From Intoshia linei (lineage: Eukaryota; Animalia; Orthonectida), in assembly GCA_001642005.1 (NCBI GenBank), contig LWCA01000050.1, forward strand, positions 1 to 64,000: a stretch of DNA of 64,000 nucleotides. The letters are read 5' to 3'. Position 1 is the stretch's first letter, and each line of letters starts with the position of its first letter. This document shows, one piece after another, positions 24,977-38,400 of the stretch. Both the position numbers and the translations under genes were made by a program. The notes beneath the pieces are model-generated. The model was not told the DNA's origin. It made no database searches and saw only the letters and a program-made list of their open reading frames with translations.

Positions 24977-27966
24977 TTACACTTTTCTTAGATTTAAAAA
25001 TGAAGCTAAATAATATAATGTATAAAATACAATAAATAAAAGAAACAAACATTACCTACACAAAACATTTTCAATAATAATCTACGTTTAATTGGATTTA
25101 CAAACAACAGTTCATAATCACGGATTTCTAGACGATTTGTAAATTGAGGTAAAATGGATATGAAATTGTGAGCAGTAACTTTAATTGAATCTTTAATGGA
25201 ACCTAATTCAATACATATATTGTGAATTAAATATAAAAGGTTTTAAGATGCAAAAAAATTAAATTTTAACCGTCAAATTATTATTTTAATAATTTTTAAT
25301 AATTATAATTATAATTATGTAAATGACGAAATTTTGGTAAAAGAGGTCTCATATTTCAAAAATAACTATTAAAAAATATTATTGAATATCATAACTATTT
25401 TTCATATTAAATTTAAAATGTCATGTCAAAAACCTTGGATCGGTGGCTAGGGGTTATATGACATTATGCATCTTTTACAACAAAAAAATGGGGGTCCTAT
25501 TTTATTTTTGGTGGCCTCGAGCTTGATAGGGTTGGCTATGCAGATAAGAATCGATATAATTACATAAATTTTAGTAATCCTTACATATATAAAGTAATTA
25601 TTGATAAAAATATGTCAGTGTCTATAGCCTAGTGTTTCCCAACCTTTTATATGCTAGGCCCCACTAACACTCTCAAAAAATATCATGCCCCAGTTCAAAA
25701 AATTACCTAACGATCAATTTCGTTGTTGGGTCTAATATAACAGTTCAATCAATAAAGAATTATGATTAATTCAGGGACTATTTTTTTACTAAAAATTATA
25801 ATTTTCTAACAAAATTACAAATCAAAAACTTTTATTGTGGAAAATCGAGCTAATTATAATATTTATTTTATTGAATTAATAATATCACTGGGTCTGAAAA
25901 TTATTAGAGATAATATTAATAGTTATGACACGTGATAATTTTTTACTTTATAAAATATAATATCTGTATGTTACGGTTGAATTAAAAATTTAAACGTCCT
26001 AGAAGTAAAATCCCCCAATTTCTAATAAAATTTTTCGATATTCATGTTTTATCGGAAATTTTATTCTCAGAAATTGACTCCATTAAGATCAAAAACCCCA
26101 ATTGTATTTTGTTAAACAAATAATAATTATAAATATATTATAAAAATAATACTAGAAAAAAGCGATACAACACTTAAAGTATTGTATAATATTATGAGAT
26201 CATCCAATGTTTTTTGGAGCATTAAATGTAATGATGGGTGAGCAGATTCACAGGATCGCATGCAAACATTGACATACATAATTTGTTGAGACAATTTATA
26301 AACCGGTGATAATAATGGTGTAATTTTCATAAATTCATCTAAAATTTAATAATATTTTCAATGTAATGTTAATATATAGTTAAAATAATGTACATATATT
26401 TAATTAATGTAATTTACATGTATTACCACACATGCAGGTACTATTGAATACAGCAGATAACAAGTCTATAATATGCAAATTCAAATTAAAATATGAATTA
26501 TTATAAAATGAACTGTATCGTTTCGGATAAATAATGGGTCCAGCATCAAAATAATATTCATTATTTATCAAATTACTCATACACTTGCTGTTGTCGTCTT
26601 GATTCGTATTGTGGATGAATAAACAAATTTTTTCATTGCTAATCTTCATAAGTTCAAAGCATTGATCAATTAAATTTGGCTTTGAAGCATAATAAAACGA
26701 AAAGAACAAAAAAAATATACTGGAAACATAATAAAAACATCCCAGTGAAAACAATACAATTTCGGAATTATACCCGTCCATGGACACATCTGTTTGAATA
26801 TAACAAATTAAAAGTTCCAAAAAAAATATAAGAATCATATTAAAATTATAAAACAAATTTAAATAAATGACATTATAAATGTTGGATTTTCGATACAAAA
26901 TTAAAATTATGATCCAAACTGTGATTACAGGCAAAATAAAAACATTTTGATATACTATTGAGAAATGAATTTGAACCGAAAATATTATTGAAATTGTTAA
27001 AGGCAATAACATTAAAACAAGCTTACTATATATACAATTTTGTCGATAAGTACCAAACATGTACAAATAATTCAAATTCCAATTCCACGTCAAACTTTTG
27101 AACACATTTAGAGATTGACTGGATAAAATTTCCAAAACTAATAAATATTCATCTTTTTTTTCAAGTTTTTTGACGACATCTCGTATCTTTGGTTCTATTT
27201 GAATATTTTTTAAGTCAAATATTGAACTTAATCGCGTGTTGCAATGTTTAGTTTTCCAAAAATGAATTGTAAAGTATTTACCAATGGTTTTATACACTAT
27301 AACGGGAAAAATTACATAAAAAATTAACAAAGACGGTATTATTGAAGAAATCCAAAGCCAATGCTGAATCGAGTAACATGTAATGTAGGAGTTATATAAA
27401 AATTTTGATGTCGTATGAGAATTCGATTGTGTACAATGAAACATTCGCATGGCATTAAGAGTATAAGGAATAACAGAAAAAAGAGACAGATAATATACAA
27501 TTTTTTTGAGAATGCTTTTTTTATAATTATTTTTGGAACGTTTTAAGAAATAGGTGCCAATTATGAAAAAAACTATTAAAAATAGTAAAGTAACTTGCAT
27601 CATGGTATTTTGCAAAATGTAATGATTTTCATACAAAATTTGCCAAAAATTTGGTTGTTTGTTTACCATCATGTTTTTATATGTCTCAGATGACAAACTT
27701 TGAATGTTTTCGTTTGTGGTTGCTTTCATAACTGACAATAGATTGTAATTTGCGTTAGAGTTGTAGTTTAAATAGGAAATTGAAACATAATCAATGTTGA
27801 AGTAGAAAAAAATTTGATAAAATTTTAAAAACGTAGATAGCGGGTAAATCCAATGTAGTACTGCTGCAAGTAATAAGCCTGACAATTGATAGGATGATAC
27901 AATTAACCATATAGTCTCCAAAAATAATTCCATATTGAATGGTACATTTTTTCGTGGAGAGTTCAT
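24977..27966 (-). CDS. Uncharacterised multipass membrane protein, 633 aa; exons 27966-26427, 26338-26153, 25202-25056, 25005-24977
   Basis: 1.5-kb open first exon with many hydrophobic helices; three downstream GT-AG exons join in frame (1902 nt) and end RDYELLFVNPIKRRLLLKMFCVASFLNLRKV*. Confidence 0.75.
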
Positions 27967-28600
27967 TTCAAGTAAAATTTTATGTTATTAAAATCATGGT
28001 TGTATGAATTGGTAACATAACGTAAACAAATGTAGAACATATTATTTCAATTAAATGACCACTGAATTGTTATACACATTTATAAAATTACCACATTACA
28101 AATATAAATTTTACAATATTCTACATTTACAGTTAAGTTTCATATAATTCATGCTGGTTAAAGCGTGTCAAAGCTCGATTTAAAAAATGTTTTTGTGTTG
28201 ACAAAACATGTAAATCGATATTTATTTTTGTCCAATTAATAAAATGTAAGATATAGATTAAATTTTTTATCAAGTCATTAATACTGCCCACATCATTTGC
28301 GGTTGGTTGGCTTTATCGAATTATTATCGAAAATTCTATATTTAATAAATTATAAGGTGAAACTGAACGGTTCATTGCATAACATTGATTGACGATTAAT
28401 AGTATCAATGTATATTCGAAATGATACAAATGCAACCGTTTGTCCAAAGGAATCTCAAGTAATCATATATTTGAAATAATGCGGTAGTTTTGTTAGATAA
28501 TTATTAATTATAATTCATAGTCAATGAGGAAAAAGGTTTAATAAAAGCACAAATAAATTAAAATTTGTATTTCAATTTAAAAAAAATAATTTATTTGACG

Positions 28601-30131
28601 TTATTTGTCCATAATAAATTTTGTATTGGATATGTACTCATTTAGCTCATCTTTAGAAAGCATATGATATCCCTTTTCTTTATTGATTATTGCAACCTAA
28701 GCATTAAAATAAAATAAAAAAATACAATATTTTAAAGAGGTTTTTTAGTAGTTTTTTTGAATAAAAATTTTAAAGAGTTCCAGTGTAGCTAATAAAGTAA
28801 GAGGTGTAGAGTTTTAAAACACAAATTTCTAATACAGTTTTTCAACGTTAGATTTTATCGCAAATTTGATTTCAGAAATTGAGTCTTTCATGTAAAATCC
28901 TCAATTATCTTTTTACTAAAAAATCAAACGAGATCTAGAATTTTAAAACTATCGACATTCCGATCCAGATTTTAAAATCATAAACATTATAAATTTCAAT
29001 TTCAAAAACTTACATCTTCACGGTCAAAACCACAAATTACCTATTCTAACTTATATTAAACTTTTTTTATGTGTCTGTCTGCGTCATTGTCATTTTATAA
29101 AATTGAAAAAAACTAATAGTCGCACAATTTAAAAAAGATCCCATAAAAAATATAAAGGTAAATAAAAATGGGGCAAACCCCTGAGATTTCGCATAAAATT
29201 TATAAACATGAATCCTATTTCAATGCAGTAATCAGAAAATTAAAGTAGATTAATTTTATAAGTTCAAAATAAATAGAAAATATAAATACTTCAACATTAT
29301 CTTTCGTCAATGATTTGATTGTTTGTTTCAAAATTTTGAATACTTCAACAAGACATTCTTTAACAGTAATATCCTTAAAAAATAAAAAATTGACAAACTA
29401 ATTACATCTTTATAAAAATCAGTAAACATTGTTTCAGCCGAAGCACCAGCAGAACCAATCGATCGCGCCTTAAATTCTATAAAAGTACCAGATGGATCCA
29501 GTTGATATCTAATTAATCTATACTCAATTAAAAAATGAATACAATTTAGGAACATCTCCATCTATTCCTCCAATAAGCATAGCTACACCAAAAGGCCGAC
29601 TCTAAAGAATTGTAATAATAAGATATAATGTACATCTTAATTTATTTACCATACTTCCGTATTTATTACTTGAAGTTTCATCACTAAAAGCCAAAGTCAT
29701 TCGACTAATACTTTGTGACAATGTTCTAACTTTAATAGGTTCATCATAAGTGAAATAATGATTCTATAAACAAAATTTATTAAAACAACATTAAAATAGA
29801 AACTTGAGCTTCTATTCTAGCACGATCAACTAAACTACGGGCGTCGGCTGTCATACCACTCATTGCAGCACCAATATGAGTAGAAATTTTTTCAATTTTT
29901 TGAGTGCTTGTCGGTATCACCAACGTGGAAGCTGAAGGTTTTTCAACTGCCAAAACAATGCCATCGACAGCTTTCAAACCAATAGCAGTAGTTCCAAGCT
30001 TTATTAAATTGCCTTATTTATTAAGTTAATTAAACCTTAATTGCTTCCATAGCATATTCTACCTGAAAAAGTCTACCTTCAGGAGAAAACGTCTTTGCAC
30101 CAGAATCATATTCACTTCTAGACATAAACAT
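28601..30131 (-). CDS. PSMA5: Proteasome subunit alpha type-5, 248 aa, 7 exons (30131-30036, 29998-29804, 29763-29650, 29601-29543, 29508-29406, 29373-29290, 28696-28601)
   Basis: [39 protein letters not shown]..., [26 protein letters not shown]; spliced length 747 nt. Confidence 0.95.
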
Positions 30132-30235
30132 TTTGGTATTCAACGATATTGAAAGAATCGAGATATATTTCAAATTATAAATAATTTAAACTACACTTTA
30201 TCAAATACTCAATAAAGTTGTTTATATTTGTCACA

Positions 30236-30442
30236 ATGCAAAACGCTGGATTGAAAAATGAACTTTTAAATTTACGTAAATTGCTGAAGAATCAATTGAA
30301 TGAGTTGAAAGTTTGTTGTAAAGGGAATAGTGATAATATAATTTAGAAACAGCAAGAAATATTGGTTGAACGAATAAATGATATAAGTAAAGTTGATCCA
30401 GCCCATAAAGAACAAGGTTTGCAAGGAAAAATTGAAAGATGA
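30236..30442 (+). CDS. 56-aa coiled-coil microprotein, SNAPC5 (SNAP19)-like; exons 30236-30310 and 30347-30442
   Basis: A 36-bp GT-AG intron gives MQNAGLKNELLNLRKLLKNQLNELK|KQQEILVERINDISKVDPAHKEQGLQGKIER*; LLxLxxxLxxQLNxLK resembles the SNAPC5 N-terminal helix. Confidence 0.62.
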
Positions 30443-30457
30443 AAATATTGGAAAAAT

Positions 30458-31098
30458 TTATTGAAGAAAATGTATGGGATACTGATGCCATTCGTCAGAA
30501 TTATCTTTTATTTTATCAGCATATGTAGGATGATGGTTAGGAAGTAAACCTAAAATAAAATATATATACAGTGAAGTCTTACCATAACGTCATCATAATT
30601 TACGATAACGACACAAAATATTTATATTATAGTAATACTTAATTACTAGAATTGAATATGTATTTATTTTCAAACCTGCTAAATGTGATTTTCGAATCGA
30701 TAATGTCAAGTGCTTATAAGCTTGTTTGCATAAATCCAAGTATTTTCGATCAATAATCGTTCCATCCGGGTTTATGTACTGTTTTAATGCAAGAACATCC
30801 TAAATACAACGTAACCTTTAATTTTAATTGCTAAACAGTGTAGTTTATTTTCATTCCCAGTTTTGTTGGACATAAAGAACAGAGACCTTTTTCGTTCTTT
30901 TCTAGAGCAGGAGATAGCTTTGATTCATCGATAAATTTTGCAGAAACCTAAAGGCTTAATATAACTATATGAAACGCGTCTACTGTCAATTTGTTGCTGC
31001 TATTTTTAAAAACATCTAATCAAATATTATATTGATATAACCCACTTACATTTTCTTAAAAATCGACGTTGGATAAAGGAAAAATTTATTTTATTCAT
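30458..31098 (-). CDS. MRPS18A: Mitochondrial ribosomal protein S18a (mL66), 135 aa; exons 31098-31050, 31015-30984, 30947-30837, 30799-30676, 30549-30458
   Basis: Arg-rich presequence MNKINFSFIQRRFLRK; CSLC...YTDVLALKQYINPDG...LC...SHLAGLLPNH S18 pattern; 408 nt in frame. Confidence 0.85.
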
Positions 31099-31118
31099 AA
31101 TATTTATTTATCGCTCAT

Positions 31119-31667
31119 TTATGACAAGTGACCAGTGACAACATTATCGATTTTAATTTCATTTGTACCATATTGAAGTGAAATGTTTCGATTTCTTTCT
31201 TCTTTAATTTGCTCCTCGGAAAAGTTTCGTTTATTTTCACTCGACATTTTAGGTCCCAATTTTGGTCCAGTGTAGCTAGGATTGTTACTAGCCTAAATTA
31301 TGTTAAAAATATTGATTAGTATATTTACTATTCGTGCAAGAGCAAATAAACTCTTTTCAACAGCTTTCATGTTTCTCTTTTCAAACAAATCACTGGTTTG
31401 AAATAGTTCCGTGTTATCGACACCATATGATTTGCACTCCATTGTGAATGCGTTTATGTTTTCCATCATTACAAAACTCATTTTGGATTTGGCATTATAT
31501 CGTATTTTTTTGTTTGCAATTTTTTCCATTAACCTTAATATTCAGTCAATAATATATTTTTTATCTTACCGGCACAAGACAATTCCATCGTGTAAAGATT
31601 CAGCCAAATTACTCGAAATATTTTCACCTATCACTTGTCCGATCCAATTCGATATTTCTTGAGCCAT
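31119..31667 (-). CDS. Calponin/myophilin/transgelin-like protein, 158 aa; exons 31667-31570, 31533-31329, 31292-31119
   Basis: CH domain (WIGQVIG, SLHDGIVLCRL, MENINAF, LFQTSDLFE) then GPKLGPKMSSENKRNFSEEQ and ISLQYGTN (calponin repeat). Confidence 0.9.
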
Positions 31668-32174
31668 TTTTGTTTTGAATTACTTGGTTTAATGTAAATA
31701 ATGATACATCTGTATTTACATGAGATTTTTATCAATTCATTCATGATAGTAAATTGAATTTATACATTAAATTCAGGTCAATCAACTCTAATTACATAAG
31801 TACACCTTGATTTACTCAAATCTAATACACTCGTTATCTCAATTTTAAAATTCATATAGATTTAAGTCCAGATGTGGACAATGTCATGTGATTAACCCGG
31901 AAAGGAAATGGGTCAATTTTCATCATTTTAATTGTAAACTTTTCTTGTCGATGCCATTATTCAAAACTGTAACTTAAAAATGCTATAATACGTGGGACAC
32001 ACTTTGTTGGACAATTTTTGTATTAACCCTTCGACTTATTTACTTTTTTTTAATGTTAATAAAAATTTTGAATATTTTAAAAGAAAATAATGAAAATAAT
32101 ATTTTAATATAAATTTAATTTAAATATAATAACGTTTTCTATTTTTAATGAAAATTTGCACTCATTATATTGTA

Positions 32175-32398
32175 CAGTATTCTCGCTATTATTGGGATTT
32201 TGAAAAAGTTACCGAGATAGAGAATTTGAAACTATAGACGGCAGATAAAAACTTCAAATTAAAGGTTAAATTGCAATAAAATGTAAATTTTAATACAAAA
32301 TAACTTAGTTTGAAAAATGGTTATAAAACTTTTAGTTTATATTTATATTTTAAATTAATAGCGAATTATAGAGTTCGCGAGTTGTAAAGAGAATACTA
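32175..32398. mobile_element. pogo-like MITE family B
   Basis: TA-CAGTATTCTC...GAGAATACTA-TA; matches 9322-9563. Confidence 0.8.
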
Positions 32399-32845
32399 TA
32401 TTTTCAATGTAAATTTGCATTCATTTTAGGCTAAAATGTAGTAATTGACTCAATAATTTTCCTTACAAGTACAAATCTATATTATACATTTCTTGTTCAA
32501 ACCATTAATTAATTAATTATAATTGAACCTTGTTGTCAATAGTCTAATTTAATTTACATCAGTGATTCTCATGAGATGACCAGTCACCTTAAGGGGTAAA
32601 TACAAAAATTTTAGAAGATTTGGGTTGACAAATTGTTACATAATGTGTAATACATAACACGCTGCAACACTGAAAAATGTAACATGTTAAAATATATCAT
32701 TATAATTATTTTTTTTTCATTTTCATGGCAATGATTTCAAATTTTATCCTAGTTGACACATTTTTACATGTCCGTCACTGAGTCGTAAATAAAATGATAT
32801 AAAAGTGCACATTTAATAAATAATTTTATGTGAATAAGGAAGGAA

Positions 32846-35288
<2,443 letters not shown>

Positions 35289-35412
35289 TTATATTTATAA
35301 GCAATGTTAAAGTATCGGAAGACAAATAGAAAATTGGGTTTAAAACTTTTTATAGTTTATTTTATTGCTATATTGATTTTACAAGATATACAAAATTTTA
35401 ATATATACAACA

Positions 35413-38400
35413 TCAATTTTGACAAATCATTTCAAACCATCTTTGTAAAGAATCAGAGAGTACTTGACTCAAACTGTTGACGTCGTCAATGATTATATAG
35501 TATTTGAAAGGAAACAGATTCATATAGGATACAATAGTTGGTCGCTAAATTTCATTAAAATAATAATTTGATAAATCAATTAAATTACCCCGTCATTAGA
35601 AAAAATTGGAACTTTTATATCTTTAATAGAACACTAAAAGGATGTCATTAAGGAAATTATGAAACAAACCTGATTTCCAGTATTATCCAAAACAACAAAT
35701 ACGATAAAAATGTTTTTTTCGTCTTCTAATTTACGAATTGCCCTTCTAACTGAATTTATTCCATTCAAAAACACACCTCGACCATCCGAAATAATAATGA
35801 GCAAGTTTGATAATTTGTTTTGCTGAAAAAACTTTTGGTTGTGACTATCGAAATATTCCAAAGCTCCATTTAATAAATTTTCAATGTGAGTATTTGCTTG
35901 TTTAAACTGAAAGGATTTAATCACTTTTTCTCCGTCGGAAGACATGAAATACTTGCTAAAGGGGTGCACAATTTCAAATTGTTGTCCAAATTTTGCCAAT
36001 GAAAATTCACCAATTTCTGCAAGATTCATGGCTTTTGCCAACATGGCCGCACTTTTCAAAGAAATTTCATAATTGTTGTTGGTTAGCATACTGGCAGAAT
36101 CATCTATAGCTAGTAAAATTTTATAATCCCGTTTGCCTGGTTCCAAACGTCGCAGCCACATTTTGTCGCGTCTAAAATCGCTGGCAATAAACTCAATAAC
36201 ACGCTTCATATTTAATTTTCGTCCGGTGCGATAATTACCCCTAAATTAAATATAAAATTAAAATTCATTATACATATTAGTAATATCACTGCTAATCAGC
36301 ATATCAATCGCTATCATATCGACGAAAACATCGAAATATCGGAAAAAAACGAACCAAAAAGGCAATATAACCCTTTTTGTACTTGGTATGATTAACATGA
36401 TAAGTCAGAGGCCACCAAACTGTTATGTTGTCGTGGACTAATTTTTAATACACAGTTGTGTCATAAAAAACGCATAACGTAATAAAAGGTGGATATTTTG
36501 TAGAATGAATTACAAAATAAGTTTACATGTACATATATGTTAACTAACTACGTATATTATTAATTTTATCGAAATTGTTCCTTAAATCACATACATTTAT
36601 TTATGAAATAAATAAATTAAGGTGAACAAAAAAATCTTTTATTTAGATCAATAAATTCGTCATTTTAACAAAATAAATTATAGTCAAAACTTTTCATTTA
36701 AAAACAACAATATTAAACAGCTGAGCAAAAAGTAAAAATCCAAAATTTTTTTCATGTTTTTTAACGGTTCGAGTAAAAAAAGGCTGCCACTTTTATTGTA
36801 AAAATCAGGGTATCATTTCATGAAAATAAATATTAATTTTCATAAAAATTTTCATGATAAAAAAGTAAATTAATGTTCTTAAATGATCTCGAAAGCTTAT
36901 TTTACTGGAATTGAAGTCGAATTAAAAAATGCGGTACACCCAAATATCGACGGTAAATATATATCAGAATAATAAAATGGTTTCACCTCAAAATTACAAA
37001 TGGTGTGTTCTGCATATGGCCTTAAAATTTTGTCCGTATGCAGAAAGTAATATTTAAGATAGGCACATTGGTGCACGTTTTTATTTGAAAAAAATACTTG
37101 TGAGGTTGGATGGGCAATTCAAAAACGTAATTTTGATTGATGAATCAAAAATAAACCTTTTTGATTCCAATAGCAAAAAATATGTTCAAAAAAATAATGA
37201 AGTCAATTGGTTTCAAAAAATTGTCAAATTAAAAGAATTTGTTTCAGTCAGTTTATTTACATTCGGAGTCGGTGAAATCCAAATAATTAAAGGTAAAATG
37301 GATGCATTAAAATATATAAATATTCTCAATCAAAATTTAATGATATTTGCGCTAAAAATAAAAATAAGGGACATTATTATCTTTCAACAAGAAATGACCC
37401 CAAGTAGAAAGCAATAATAACAACAGAATTTTCACCAAAAGAAGGTGAACATGTGGGATGAATATCATATAATCCTGACTTTAACCCAATTTAGACTATT
37501 TCCTATTAATTTCTTAAATAAATAAATAAACAGACATATATTTTTAACTAAATTACTTTATATAAATAAAGATAAAAAAATTGGTGACCCTTTGTTCAAA
37601 AGAAATTACTTAAACTTTGATATTTCAGTTTCCTCCAAAATAAATTTCAATCTTTCACACAATTCAAACGCTTTATGTTCCACTACATTTTCATATTCAA
37701 TCCACTTATTCTATACACATGAAAATATGAAATTAAAAAAAACCTGAATCTCAGTAGTCACTACATCTTCACCGTCTTTCATAATTGCATCATTTGTAGT
37801 CTAAAACATACATTTTACATCAAAAAATAAAAAATAATTACCATCAATTCCATTTTACAAAAATTGTCCACCATATCAGAATCATTATTATCAAACTTTT
37901 TATTATCATTATTTTTCTTCACGTTATCCTCATCTTGATTAATTTCATCATCAACTTGCAAAACATTATCAAAATCATTAACATCAATGTCATTATTTTC
38001 ACCGTCCTTAAATTCATTCGCATAACATATATCAATCATTTTAATATACGCATCATAAGCATCAGCTATAACAGTTTCATGTTGATCGTCTTCAACAATT
38101 TCGCATTCATTTGAATCAACTTTTTCATTTTCAACATTATCAGTGTGACAGTCTACAATTTCCTTCTTTTTTAAACTATCTAAAGAGCATTCCGTAGCAT
38201 TAGATTTTTGAGGTTTTTTGGCATTTTTAAATTTATCCTTTAAATTATTTTGATTATTGAAATTTGATTCTTCACAACCGGGTACATTTTGATCATTTGA
38301 TTGAGAAGCATTATTCGTATCATCTTTTAATTTTTCCAAAGGTTCAGTTTCATTATGACCATTCTGCGATTTTCCATTTTTGTTCTCATCATCCATGTCA

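Noticed and set aside
28130-28410. Possible small spliced gene between the membrane protein and PSMA5
   Set aside because: Intron-like segments exist but I could not build a start-to-stop frame or recognise a product
30231-30491. 86-aa minus-strand ORF in the ORF track
   Set aside because: Antisense shadow of the plus-strand microgene and out-of-frame overlap with the MRPS18A last exon
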